DNA from: Halarcobacter sp.
Lineage (GTDB): Bacteria; Campylobacterota; Campylobacteria; Campylobacterales; Arcobacteraceae
Direction of reading: 5' to 3'
Assembly: GCA_048571215.1 (NCBI GenBank)
Contig: CP182352.1
Coordinates: forward strand, 2,496,001-2,560,000
Length of the DNA stretch: 64,000 nt
The notes under the pieces are model-generated. The model was not told the DNA's origin and did no database searches. It saw nothing but the letters and a program-made list of their open reading frames with translations. The translations under genes and the position numbers were made by a program. Below are positions 10,302 through 20,718 of the stretch, piece by piece. The stretch's first letter is position 1. Every line of letters begins with the position of its first letter.

Positions 10302-11005
10302 TATTTGTATCCTTTTTTCAAACTATTTTCAATATGTCCATCTCTAAAATATATAATTCTACTAGCATATTTTGCCATTTCATCTTCGTGGGTTACCATA
10401 ATAATAGTAATACCTAACTCTTCATTTAACTTTTTTAGCAACTTCATAATCTCTATACTTTTTATACTGTCAAGGTTTCCGGTTGGTTCATCTGCAAGTA
10501 AAACTAAAGGATTTGTAACAATTGCCCTAGCTATTGCAACTCTTTGTTGTTGTCCTCCTGAAAGTTCAGCTGGTGTATTATAAATAACACTTTCTAAACC
10601 AACTTTTTTCAAAGCTTCAAAGGCTAAAAGTTTTCTTTGTTTTGAGGGAACTTTTCTATAAACTAAAGGCAACTCAACATTTTCTAAAGCACTTGTTCTT
10701 CCAAGTAAATTAAAGCCTTGAAAAACAAATCCCAAATAGTTCCTTCTTATCAAGGCCATTTGGTTTCTATTTAATTGTTCTACATTTACTCCATTAAACA
10801 AATACTCTCCACTACTTGCAGAATCCAAACATCCAATAAGATTCATAGATGTTGATTTCCCACTACCACTTGCACCCATTATAGCTACAAACTCAGCCTC
10901 TTTTATCGATAAATTAACTTTATTTAGAGCATATGTTTTAGCTTCACCTTTACCATAGGTTTTAACTATATTTTTAAACTCTATAATTGTTTTTGATTCA
11001 TCCAT
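10301..11005 (-). CDS. ABC transporter ATP-binding protein (MacB/LolD type)
   Basis: GASGSGKST, LSGGQQQRVAIARA, DEPTGNLD. Confidence 0.95.
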   Translation of the reverse strand: MDESKTIIEFKNIVKTYGKGEAKTYALNKVNLSIKEAEFVAIMGASGSGKSTSMNLIGCLDSASSGEYLFNGVNVEQLNRNQMALIRRNYLGFVFQGFNLLGRTSALENVELPLVYRKVPSKQRKLLAFEALKKVGLESVIYNTPAELSGGQQQRVAIARAIVTNPLVLLADEPTGNLDSIKSIEIMKLLKKLNEELGITIIMVTHEDEMAKYASRIIYFRDGHIENSLKKGYK

Positions 11006-12252
11006 TAGATACTCTTTTGTGAAACTACAATCTCATCACCAACTTTTAAATTTTTTGATTCTACACTAGAGTATTTCCCATCTGTATCTAAAACCTTAAC
11101 ATCAATTTTTTTTAATTGTTTATTTTCTAATAAATATATAGTTCTTATATTTTCACTTTCTAAACTCTTTGATTTTTTTTCTGCCATATCTCTTTTTGGA
11201 GGTCCTACAAAGTTTACCTTTCCATTTGATTTATTAGTTGGCTTAAATCTTAAAGCACTATTGGGAACTAAAAGTTTATCTTTTATATTTTTTGTAATAA
11301 TTTTAGCAGACGCAGTCATCCCTGGTCTTAGGTGTAAATCTTTATTATTTACTAAAGCAACAGTTTCATAAGTTACTACACCACTTTGTTCAATGGGGTT
11401 ATATCTTACTTGTTTTATTTTTCCTCTAAAGATTTGTGTTGGATAAGCATCAACTGTAAAGCTTACATCTAAACCTTTTTTTATATCTGCAACATCTGCT
11501 TCATCAATACTTATTACTAAATCCATTTTAGATAAATCTTTCGCAAGAGTAAATAACACAGGAGTAGACATAGAAGCTGCAACTGTTTGTCCAACCTCAA
11601 CAGCTCTATTTAAAACTATCCCTTTTATGGAAGATTTAACAACTGCTTTATCAAGATTTTCCTCATCTGTTTTTAGGTTGTATTCTGATTGTTTAACTTG
11701 GGCTTTTGAAGCTTCATAAGAAGCTTTAGCACTCTCATATGAAAACCTAGAATCATCTACATCATTTTGAGAAGGATATTTTCTATTAGATTGTTTAAAC
11801 ATTTTCAATGTTCTTTCATAGTTTAGTTTTTTACTTTTTAGATTTACTTCATTCTCTTTCATATTTGCTTTTGTAACTGCTAAGGATGCTTTTGAACTAT
11901 CAACTTTTGCTTTTAATTTTGTAGTATCAAGTTTAGCTAATACTTGTCCTACTTCAACCTTATCATTAAAATCTACAAGTATCTCTTTTATAGTACCTGA
12001 AACCTCAATACCAATATCAACACTATTTGTAGGATTTAGATTTCCTGTAGCCAATACAGTTACTTGTAAATCACCTTTTTTTATTTTTTGTGTATTGTAT
12101 GAAATCTCTTGATTAGCATTTTTGTTTTTTAGAATAAAAAAGTAATAAGAACTTGCAAAAATTACCATCAAAGCAAGAATAATCCAAATATATTTTTTCT
12201 TTGAACTTGATTTTTTATATGAGTTTAATTGATCTTGTAAATTTGTATCCAT
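11005..12252 (-). CDS. MacA-like periplasmic adaptor subunit
   Basis: N-terminal TM; VSG.IK...VDFND.V..GQ.LA, GQTVAAS, IDEAD, LRPGMTA. Confidence 0.9.
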   Translation of the reverse strand: MDTNLQDQLNSYKKSSSKKKYIWIILALMVIFASSYYFFILKNKNANQEISYNTQKIKKGDLQVTVLATGNLNPTNSVDIGIEVSGTIKEILVDFNDKVEVGQVLAKLDTTKLKAKVDSSKASLAVTKANMKENEVNLKSKKLNYERTLKMFKQSNRKYPSQNDVDDSRFSYESAKASYEASKAQVKQSEYNLKTDEENLDKAVVKSSIKGIVLNRAVEVGQTVAASMSTPVLFTLAKDLSKMDLVISIDEADVADIKKGLDVSFTVDAYPTQIFRGKIKQVRYNPIEQSGVVTYETVALVNNKDLHLRPGMTASAKIITKNIKDKLLVPNSALRFKPTNKSNGKVNFVGPPKRDMAEKKSKSLESENIRTIYLLENKQLKKIDVKVLDTDGKYSSVESKNLKVGDEIVVSQKSI

Positions 12253-13446
12253 TTAATTATTTACCTTTGTATTAAAATATAATTTCGCATATTCCAACTG
12301 AATATTTATATCATTTATTGATAAATCATATTGATTTATTTTTTTTGTATTTTTAAGTATCTCTAAATCATAACCTGAAGACATCCCTGCACTATTTGAA
12401 GCTTCATTCACTTGTATTAAGTCATCATATAATTTTATATTTTCATTTATGATTTTATTATAGTTTTCATAAGTGTCAATTCTTGTAATTGCTTCCTCAT
12501 ACTTATTTGATACTTGTGTTTTTATATCACTTAAATTTAGTTTTTGTTTTAAAACTTCAAGTTTTGATTTTTCCAAATTTGATTTTTTATTGATATCATA
12601 AATTGGTACAGATAAGTTTAAAGATATAGAACCATTACTATTATCACTTTGGATATTATTAACTAGATTATCATTATTTGAATAAGCTAGATTTGTACTT
12701 AGATTTACTTTTGGAAGATAATCTGTTTTATCTTTTTTATAATTTATGTTAGCTAAATCCACTAAAGATTTTTCATATAATAAATTTATATTTTTTTTCA
12801 AATAATCATCTTTTTTAATCTTTTCAAAATCTATTAGATTTATTTGTTCATATTTTAAGTTAGTATATTTTTCAAGATTTAGTTTTGCCTCTTTTATGGA
12901 GTTTTTTAAATCTACATTTGTTTTATATTGAATATTTTTTGCCATAATAGCATCATTTAATTCTGTTATGTCACTTTTTCCATTTTCATATTGAATTTTC
13001 TTTAAAACCAATTCAATATTTTTATTTTTTAATTGATATTCATTTTGTTCAAGTTGAATATTTAATTTTTTTATTTGTAATAAGGTTTCATAAATTTTTT
13101 CTAAAAGAGTTGAATTATCATTCTCCCAAGATAATAAATCTGATTTATATTTTTCATTGGCATATTCAATTGTAAATTCTATTCCACCTGATTCGTAAAT
13201 ACTTTGTGTAAAACCTATAGAAACACTTTTTGAAAACTGATCATTTTTATCACTAAAAGAGTGAGTTCTACTTAGCCCTGAGTTTAAATTTAATGGTGAA
13301 ATCCAACTATTTTTTAAACTTTTATAATCTTCTTGTATAATCTTTTTTTCAACCTCTCTTAACTCTTTTTTATCTTTGTTTAATAGATTTAAATCATTGG
13401 CAAATATGAGGGAACATAAAAAGGGTAATATAATTAATTTTTTCAA
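12253..13446 (-). CDS. TolC-family outer membrane efflux protein
   Basis: Signal peptide, coiled-coil repeats, YLPKVNL..VPIYD; first gene of the MacAB-like operon. Confidence 0.8.
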   Translation of the reverse strand: MKKLIILPFLCSLIFANDLNLLNKDKKELREVEKKIIQEDYKSLKNSWISPLNLNSGLSRTHSFSDKNDQFSKSVSIGFTQSIYESGGIEFTIEYANEKYKSDLLSWENDNSTLLEKIYETLLQIKKLNIQLEQNEYQLKNKNIELVLKKIQYENGKSDITELNDAIMAKNIQYKTNVDLKNSIKEAKLNLEKYTNLKYEQINLIDFEKIKKDDYLKKNINLLYEKSLVDLANINYKKDKTDYLPKVNLSTNLAYSNNDNLVNNIQSDNSNGSISLNLSVPIYDINKKSNLEKSKLEVLKQKLNLSDIKTQVSNKYEEAITRIDTYENYNKIINENIKLYDDLIQVNEASNSAGMSSGYDLEILKNTKKINQYDLSINDINIQLEYAKLYFNTKVNN

Positions 13447-13597
13447 TACTACTTCTCCTTGACTAGTAATAATTCTACTTTGAAATTATAATAGAGTATT
13501 GTAAATAGTTTTTAAACATAAACTTAATAGTTGTTTAATAAAAGATTTTGATAATTGTTATTATAGAGTTTTTTATAAAAGAGTATAAACTACCCTT

Positions 13598-13975
13598 TTA
13601 TCTACAAATAGATATAAGTTCTAAAAGTGTATCTTGGATCTCTTGTGCAAGCTCTAACATATCAGGATTTATATCATCAACAAGTTGAGTTAATGAGTTT
13701 ATTGAAATATTTGTTTTCCCCTCTTGTGTATAAACTGCAATTTTACATGGTAAAATAACTGCTAATTTCATATCTTCGTCTAAAAGAGTTTTTGCATAAT
13801 TTGGATTGCATACTTCCAATACTCTACACTCATTTTTAAACTCTAAACCTTTTGATTTAAGAATATTTGATATCTCATGAATATGCAAAATGCCAAACTT
13901 ATATTCACTAATCTTTTCTTGAATTGCATCTACTACCTCATCAACACTTTTTTTACTCTCAACTATATATTGCAT
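13598..13975 (-). CDS. DUF302-family protein
   Basis: FGIL..H, EVCNP..A, LPCKIAVY motifs. Confidence 0.8.
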   Translation of the reverse strand: MQYIVESKKSVDEVVDAIQEKISEYKFGILHIHEISNILKSKGLEFKNECRVLEVCNPNYAKTLLDEDMKLAVILPCKIAVYTQEGKTNISINSLTQLVDDINPDMLELAQEIQDTLLELISICR

Positions 13976-15621
13976 TAACTTTCCCTTTTTATAATTGTAT
14001 CTTCTATAAAGTCTATCTTACACTCTTTTGTTTCATTTACTAAGGCTTTTGCTATAATATCATCCTCTACAATAATATGCTCTAAATGTAAGTTTTCCAA
14101 CTCCTCTTTTTCACTAAATCTAGTAACCTTTACAATAGTTTTTGTATTGTGTGTCAAGTCATCAATAACCTCACAAATAAGATGTAGTTTTTCTGGGTTG
14201 TCAATAGCTACAATTACAGCACAAGCATTTTTTATATTTACAGCTTCAAGTATATGTTTACTTGCTGCATTTCCAAAAACTATTGGTTCCTTATCAGACA
14301 TTCCCATCTCAAAAAACAATTGATTATGTTCAACTATTACATACTCATGTCCATCTTCTCTTAAGTTTTTAGTGATTTGTTGTCCTAAATGTCCATATCC
14401 AAGTACTACTATATGACCTTTTGTATCTTTGTCTACTAAATGGGTATTGCAAACTATTAACATATCTTCTGGTACTAAAGAAGCTGCCAAAGAGGATAAG
14501 TTTTTTAAAATAATTGGTGTAAGAATCATTGAAATTACAATTGTTACTATCAAAATCTGCGTATATGTTGAACTTAATAAATTGCCACTTCTAGCTAGTT
14601 CTAAAATTGCTAAAGAGAACTCTCCAATTTGAACTAAAGATAAGGCTGTTTTAAAAGCAACTCTTTTTGTATCATCAAGTTTTACTAGTGTATATATAAT
14701 AAAATATTTTAAAACTAATAAAATAGGTAGAAGTAATAAAATTATTAAAATATAATCAGCAATAATCTTAAAACTAATTTGCATACCAACAGTGATAAAG
14801 AAAACCCCAAGTAAAAGATTTCTAAAAGGAGTAAGGTCAGCCTCAACTTGATGTTTAAATTTAGTTTCACTAATCATCATACCAGCTACAAAAGCCCCTA
14901 AAGAGTATGTAAAACCAAAATAATGTGCTAAATAAGATGCTCCAATTGCTACAAGTAAAACAGAAGCAACAAAAAGTTCTTCTGATTTTGATTTTGTAAC
15001 ATGTTCGAAAAATGGCTGAAGCAGATATTTTCCGGAAAAATAAAGAAGTGCTAAAAGTGCAATTGCAGCCAAGGTTGTTTTTAATACAAGAAAAAATATA
15101 CTACCATTTTCATGGGAAGAAAATAAAGATATCATAAGCAAGATTGGAATAACTGCAATATCCTGCATAATCAAAATACCAAGTACCCTTTGCCCATGTC
15201 TTTTTTTGATATCATTATTTTCATTATATGTTTTTAAAACAATTGCAGTTGATGATAAGGATAAGGCAGCACCTATTACAAGTGAAGTTTTTAAATCAAA
15301 GCCTAAAACAAACATACAAATTAGAAAAACAAATAAAGTGGTTACAACAATTTGTAAGGTACCTGTAAAAAACACCTCTTTTTTCATTTTTTTTAAATGT
15401 TCAATTGAGAACTCTAAACCTATTGTAAACATAAGAAATACTACACCAAACTCAGCTATCTCTTTTAAATCATGATTATTTACAGCATTATGTAAATCAA
15501 AAGCATAGGCAATAATAGTTCCTGTAACTATATAACCAATAATTGTAGGTAAATGAAACCTTTTTAATATAAGATTAACTACTATTGATATTAGTAGTGT
15601 CCAAACGATTATTCCTAACAT
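13975..15621 (-). CDS. Cation:proton antiporter (KefB/KefC-like) with TrkA-N domain
   Basis: AEFGVVFLMFTIGLE, SSTAIV, QD, QIGEF; C-terminal GYGHLG. Confidence 0.9.
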   Translation of the reverse strand: MLGIIVWTLLISIVVNLILKRFHLPTIIGYIVTGTIIAYAFDLHNAVNNHDLKEIAEFGVVFLMFTIGLEFSIEHLKKMKKEVFFTGTLQIVVTTLFVFLICMFVLGFDLKTSLVIGAALSLSSTAIVLKTYNENNDIKKRHGQRVLGILIMQDIAVIPILLMISLFSSHENGSIFFLVLKTTLAAIALLALLYFSGKYLLQPFFEHVTKSKSEELFVASVLLVAIGASYLAHYFGFTYSLGAFVAGMMISETKFKHQVEADLTPFRNLLLGVFFITVGMQISFKIIADYILIILLLLPILLVLKYFIIYTLVKLDDTKRVAFKTALSLVQIGEFSLAILELARSGNLLSSTYTQILIVTIVISMILTPIILKNLSSLAASLVPEDMLIVCNTHLVDKDTKGHIVVLGYGHLGQQITKNLREDGHEYVIVEHNQLFFEMGMSDKEPIVFGNAASKHILEAVNIKNACAVIVAIDNPEKLHLICEVIDDLTHNTKTIVKVTRFSEKEELENLHLEHIIVEDDIIAKALVNETKECKIDFIEDTIIKRES

Positions 15622-15632
15622 ATTTTTCCTAA

Positions 15633-17747
15633 TTAAATGTAATGCATCTGCTTGTAACCCTCAAGCCTTTTTTTATAAGTTGAGTTTAACATAGCATTTT
15701 TAAAATCTAAAAAATCAATAGCTAAACACTCTTGATTTCCTCTACCAATTCGTCCTAAATATTGAACCAACCTTCCATAATATGAAATTGGTGTTGCAAA
15801 AACTATTGTGTTTAAATGTGGAAAATCAATACCCTCTCCAAAATATGAACTTGTAGCTAAAATAAGATTTTTACTCTCAACAAGTGACATCTTTTCATTT
15901 TGTTCCTTCTTACTTAGACTTCCATGAATTGATACAAAACTAATATTCTTCTCTAAGAGTTTCTTTTCTAAAATATTTATATGTTCTATTCTATCAGTTA
16001 AAACTAAAATTTTTCTATCATTATACTCTATAAGTTGTTTTATTATTAAATTGTTTCTATCTTCATCTAAACAAACTTCATTTATTAGTGTAGAATAGTT
16101 ATCACTAGTGCTTGTAAAATCTGTTTTTACAACTTTTAATTTATTATTAAAGGTTCTTTTCTTTTTATGTTCATATACAACTTTTCCTAATTGTTGAAAT
16201 AAAATTGGTTCTAAACCATCTTTTCTATTTGGAGTTGCACTAAGTCCTAAAATATATTTTCCAAAAAACTGTTTAACTATTTGTTCAAAGGTTATTGCTG
16301 GGATATGATGGCACTCATCAACTATTACAAAAGAGTAGTCATTTATAACATCAGGTGAGTTTTTAAGACTTTGCATAGTTGCTACATCAATATTTCCATT
16401 TAAACTATTTTTACCTTTTCCTAAAAAACCTATATCTTTTTTGTTATATCCAAAATAGTCTACAAATCTTTGTCTCCACTGATCTAATAACATATTTTTA
16501 TTTACTATTATAAGTGTAGTACAAGCCCTTTGTTCAAACATCTTAGCACCTATTAAAGTTTTACCAAAACCAGGTGGGGCAACACATATTCCAAAATTGC
16601 TTTTTGTTATATTTGATATGGCAATTTTTTGTTCATCTCTTAAATCATATTTAACTTTTTTTGTCTCAATTTTTTGGTAATATGTTTTGTCATCTATTAA
16701 ATAATCTATCCTATTGTCATGAAAAAAACTTTTTAAAGTAAATATTAAACCCCTTGGAAGTTTTAGATATTTTTCATCCTCTTCAAAATTTTTTATCTGT
16801 CGTGGAGTATTATAAAGGGGTTTTCTAAGATTTAATAAAATCTTAATTTGTGGATTATCAAAGGTAGCAAAACCTTTAAGTTTATTTATAAATGATTTTG
16901 AAAGATTAAGAGTTGGAATATACAAATAATCATAAAGTTTTATATCCAATTTAAACATAGGGAATTCAATATCTTCAAAGGCTAAATTACTTGATACATT
17001 TTGAAAATCAAGATATTTATTTACAATACTTGTTGAAATAAAACTAATATTTTGTAAAACACTCCATTGATCTTCAATCACATTTGAGGACTCAATATCA
17101 AAAAACACTGTTTTTTGATACTCCCTAAACTTTAGATGAAGTGGTAACTCAATTGGCTCCTCAAAAGAAGCATTGGTACAAAAATCTCTATTTGGAAAAA
17201 GTTTTCCACTAGCGTTTGATTTTTTTAGTATATATTGAGCAAATTTTCGTGCATCTTTTGTTTCAATTTTTGTTTCAAAAAAAAGCCAAATAAGTATTGA
17301 ACCATAAGAACTGTACTCATATAAGGCCTCTATTCCTAAAGTTTTCAAAGTTATATAGATTTTTTTTAAGTTATCATTTGAAACCTCTAAAACCAAAAAC
17401 TTTGATTTGTTATCTTTATCTATTAAATAAGTAGCTAATTGAACATTTCCTCTTAAGTGTTCTTCTATATCCACATTTGTTATAGGGATATAGTCATTTC
17501 CTTTAAAGGTTTGAGTTACTGCAAAAAAGTTTTGTTTTTTTCCATCTTTACTTATCCATTTTTTAGCAAACCTATCAAGTCTAGCTAAAAATAAAGATTT
17601 AAATAATTCTATTTTTTCTTGTTTTGTTAGTTTTTTATTTTTTAAAGAGTGAGTTTGAAGTTGAGATTCCAAGTTTGAAATCTCAACTTCAATAGCTCTT
17701 TTTTGAGAGTAAAGTTCTTCTAATCTTGCATTGATTTTATTTTTCAT
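15633..17747 (-). CDS. SF2 DEAH-type helicase (XPB/ResIII-like) with a degenerate primase-like N-terminal domain
   Basis: APPGFGKT, DECHH, GLSATP.R.DG, EGIDFP, Q..GRI.R; N-terminal LFKSLF..R.D.FAK.W and I..HL.G. Confidence 0.8.
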   Translation of the reverse strand: MKNKINARLEELYSQKRAIEVEISNLESQLQTHSLKNKKLTKQEKIELFKSLFLARLDRFAKKWISKDGKKQNFFAVTQTFKGNDYIPITNVDIEEHLRGNVQLATYLIDKDNKSKFLVLEVSNDNLKKIYITLKTLGIEALYEYSSYGSILIWLFFETKIETKDARKFAQYILKKSNASGKLFPNRDFCTNASFEEPIELPLHLKFREYQKTVFFDIESSNVIEDQWSVLQNISFISTSIVNKYLDFQNVSSNLAFEDIEFPMFKLDIKLYDYLYIPTLNLSKSFINKLKGFATFDNPQIKILLNLRKPLYNTPRQIKNFEEDEKYLKLPRGLIFTLKSFFHDNRIDYLIDDKTYYQKIETKKVKYDLRDEQKIAISNITKSNFGICVAPPGFGKTLIGAKMFEQRACTTLIIVNKNMLLDQWRQRFVDYFGYNKKDIGFLGKGKNSLNGNIDVATMQSLKNSPDVINDYSFVIVDECHHIPAITFEQIVKQFFGKYILGLSATPNRKDGLEPILFQQLGKVVYEHKKKRTFNNKLKVVKTDFTSTSDNYSTLINEVCLDEDRNNLIIKQLIEYNDRKILVLTDRIEHINILEKKLLEKNISFVSIHGSLSKKEQNEKMSLVESKNLILATSSYFGEGIDFPHLNTIVFATPISYYGRLVQYLGRIGRGNQECLAIDFLDFKNAMLNSTYKKRLEGYKQMHYI

Positions 17748-18171
17748 GTTCTATTTGAGGAGATGAAGTTATAATATTATTGATTTTTTGTTCAATTTCA
17801 TCATATCTACTTTTTAACTTAGAGCCTTTTCTAACTCCTTGTCCCTCAAACTTACCATCTTCTTCAATAATAAGTTCATTGTATTGCATTTTTCCAATCA
17901 CTTTTCCAGTAGATAAGATTTGAACTTCATTGCAGTCAATTTTACCATCTAATAAGCCACTAACTATAAGATTATTGGCTTTTATATCCCCAATAACTTC
18001 ACCTGTCATACCTATAGATATAACATCTGCTTCTAAGATAACACCTTCGAATTTCCCATCAATATGAACTGTACCCTCAGTAGAAATACCACCTATTATA
18101 CAAGTTCCTTTTGCTATTACTGTAGCACCATTCTGGATTGATCTCTTATTAGATTTACCAAAGATTCCCAT
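17737..18171 (-). CDS. Bactofilin (polymer-forming cytoskeletal protein, CcmA-like)
   Basis: TVIAKGT.I.G..IDGKFEG..G.V.GDI.A beta-helical repeats; adjacent to an M23 peptidase. Confidence 0.9.
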   Translation of the reverse strand: MGIFGKSNKRSIQNGATVIAKGTCIIGGISTEGTVHIDGKFEGVILEADVISIGMTGEVIGDIKANNLIVSGLLDGKIDCNEVQILSTGKVIGKMQYNELIIEEDGKFEGQGVRKGSKLKSRYDEIEQKINNIITSSPQIEHEK

Positions 18172-19037
18172 TTAACTCTCCTCTCTTTTTTGAAGATATC
18201 ATTAAAGTTATCCATTTGCCATTTCATAAAGTTTATTGGATTTAGTATTCTTCCACCATACTTTACTTCATAGTGTAAATGGGGAGCAGTGCTTCTACCA
18301 CTACTTCCACTTAATCCTATCTCTTGATTTTTCTTTATTATATCACCAGCCTTAACTTCTGTTTTATTTAAATGCGCATAAATTGTTTCAAAACCAAAAT
18401 TGTGCTGTATCTTAATAACCCTTCCAAAATCTCCAATATTTCTAGGTTGAACATAGGTTACAATCCCATCTGCTGTTGCATAAACTTTTGTATTCCACCC
18501 AGCTTTTAAATCAATCCCTCTATGAAATTTTCTCTTTTTTGTTACAGGGTGGATTCTATATCCATAGTTTGAAGTAACTCTAGTCTCTTTTAATGGTGCC
18601 CCATTTGGTATAGAGATAAACATAAGTCTTTTATTTCTTACACTAATTGAATTTAAAGTTTCTGCAGAAAGCTCTTTTTCTTTTTGAGCCTTAATTCCAA
18701 TCATCTCTTCTATCTCATCTAGTTTTGAACTAAGAGCCTCAATATCTTCAACTTTACCCTTTATCTGCATAGAGTAAAATTGATTTTGAGCTTGAAGTTT
18801 TTTCTCTTTTTCAGTCAAAACTTTTATCTCATTTTCTTTTTGTGTAATTGCTTCTTTTTTTTCTATTTTAACAGTTTGTATCTCCGTACTTAAACTATTT
18901 ATAAATAAAAAAGCTATTCCTAATATAAGCAATACAGAAATAATTATAATTACACTCAACTTTTTTACTATTTGATGTACATTATATGCTTTTGTCCCAT
19001 GTACATCAGATACAGTGATTATCAATCTATTCTTCAT
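18117..19037 (-). CDS. M23 family peptidoglycan peptidase (Csd1-like)
   Basis: GYR.HP..FHRGIDL, YAHL, SGRST.PHLHYEV. Confidence 0.92.
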   Translation of the reverse strand: MKNRLIITVSDVHGTKAYNVHQIVKKLSVIIIISVLLILGIAFLFINSLSTEIQTVKIEKKEAITQKENEIKVLTEKEKKLQAQNQFYSMQIKGKVEDIEALSSKLDEIEEMIGIKAQKEKELSAETLNSISVRNKRLMFISIPNGAPLKETRVTSNYGYRIHPVTKKRKFHRGIDLKAGWNTKVYATADGIVTYVQPRNIGDFGRVIKIQHNFGFETIYAHLNKTEVKAGDIIKKNQEIGLSGSSGRSTAPHLHYEVKYGGRILNPINFMKWQMDNFNDIFKKERRVKWESLVNLIRDQSRMVLQ

Positions 19038-20196
19038 TAAACCTACCCATCTGTTTTAAAAACTTCTCCACTACTAAAAATGATCCGAAAATTAAATAAT
19101 TTTTAGAATTTTCAATTTTTGAAAAACTGGTTACCATTATATTTAAATTATTACAAATTTCTAATAAATTATTTTTATCACACATCCTATCATCAATATC
19201 TATTATAGTTATTTCATCTATTATAGGTTTTAATATACTTAAAACACTTGCATAATCTTTATCTTTATATGAGTTATAGATTAGATGTACCTTTTTTTTA
19301 TTTTTAAACTCATTTAAAATCGCCTTTGCTGCAAGGGGATTATGCCCAACATCAATGGTAACATTTGGTAAAACCTTTTGACATCTTCCAAAAAGTTCTG
19401 TTTTGCCAAAAAGGTTAGTATCCACTTCTATTTGTAAATCTTTTAAAAGTTCAATTACTAAACTTAAATTTTTATTTAAATAATTTGCAAAACTAGTTGG
19501 AAGTTTATAATCATCAAAATTTTCAACGCTCTTTATCTCTATATCTAAATTTTTTTCCTCTTTGAGTTCAAGTTTAACTTCATTTGCTACTTTAAAAACC
19601 TCATCAAACTCTTGATAACCTATAATCATCTTTTTATCAACTGATCTTAGTTTTGTTTTTGCAATCTCTTCTATAGTATTACCTAAAAAACTTTGATGGT
19701 CTAAACCGATGGTGGTCACTAAAGTCACATCACTTGGAACTACATTCGTAGCATCAAACTCTCCACCAAGCCCAGCTTCTAAAACTAAATAATCCATATG
19801 TGTAGAAAGTGTTAAAGCTAAGAGTGTTGTGTATTCAAAATATGTAAGTTTTTCTAAAAGCTTAATATCTAAAAGTTCTTGAAGATTTTTGTGTCCAATC
19901 TCTAACTCTAAATCACTACTATTTTTACCGTTTAACCAAATTCGTTCATTGAATTTTAATATATGTGGAGAGCTATAATGTAAAGTTTTGAATGATTTTT
20001 CAACTAAATATGAAGCTAGAAATCTACCTGTACTTCCCTTCCCATTTGTACCCACAATATGTATTACATATGGTAATTTTATTTTAGAAGAAAGTTTATC
20101 CCATGCTTTTTCAACAATAGAAAAATCTATTTTGTCATAATACATAGTTTTATGTTCTAAAAGCTTCACTAAGGAAGCTTTTTTAAAATCTAACAT
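19027..20196 (-). CDS. folC: Folylpolyglutamate synthase / dihydrofolate synthase
   Basis: GTNGKGST, SPH, TYFE, EAGLGG..DATNV, DVGHNP. Confidence 0.93.
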   Translation of the reverse strand: MLDFKKASLVKLLEHKTMYYDKIDFSIVEKAWDKLSSKIKLPYVIHIVGTNGKGSTGRFLASYLVEKSFKTLHYSSPHILKFNERIWLNGKNSSDLELEIGHKNLQELLDIKLLEKLTYFEYTTLLALTLSTHMDYLVLEAGLGGEFDATNVVPSDVTLVTTIGLDHQSFLGNTIEEIAKTKLRSVDKKMIIGYQEFDEVFKVANEVKLELKEEKNLDIEIKSVENFDDYKLPTSFANYLNKNLSLVIELLKDLQIEVDTNLFGKTELFGRCQKVLPNVTIDVGHNPLAAKAILNEFKNKKKVHLIYNSYKDKDYASVLSILKPIIDEITIIDIDDRMCDKNNLLEICNNLNIMVTSFSKIENSKNYLIFGSFLVVEKFLKQMGRFNEE

Positions 20197-20201
20197 ATAT
20201 A

Positions 20202-20717
20202 TTATTCTTTAAATGAGCTTACAGCAAGTTTTGAAATAACATCATCTAGGGCTCTTTTTGCAGCAACTTTTATAGCTTCGTATCTTTTTGTATCTGTAAT
20301 AGTTGTACCATTATCAATAGAAAAATCATAATCAGAACTAACTTTAAAGCTGTTCTTTTTTGTACTTTTTTTATTTTTGTATTCAACCAAAATAGAAACA
20401 ACAGCTTTGTATAATTTGTTATATCCCAAAGAGTCATATTGTAACTCTTGCATAGAAACAGAGTTTAGCTTTAGTTTTAAAACTGTATCAGCTAGCTCTT
20501 TACTATTTACAATCTGAGAATCAAGTCTGTTTACTATAAGTTTGTTCATTATATCTTTTATTATTACTGAATTTCTTGGGTCTTGCAAACTTACCTTTAA
20601 GTCCACAAAAATCTTTCCACTTAACTCTTTTTTAACATAATAACTAGATGGTTTATATCCACACCCTGTTAAGATAAAAAGTGACAAAAGACAAACTAAT
20701 AAAAGACCTGCTCTCAT
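20202..20717 (-). CDS. lptE: LPS assembly lipoprotein LptE
   Basis: Lipobox LTGCGY.P directly downstream of leuS (conserved synteny). Confidence 0.8.
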   Translation of the reverse strand: MRAGLLLVCLLSLFILTGCGYKPSSYYVKKELSGKIFVDLKVSLQDPRNSVIIKDIMNKLIVNRLDSQIVNSKELADTVLKLKLNSVSMQELQYDSLGYNKLYKAVVSILVEYKNKKSTKKNSFKVSSDYDFSIDNGTTITDTKRYEAIKVAAKRALDDVISKLAVSSFKE

Positions 20718-20718
20718 G

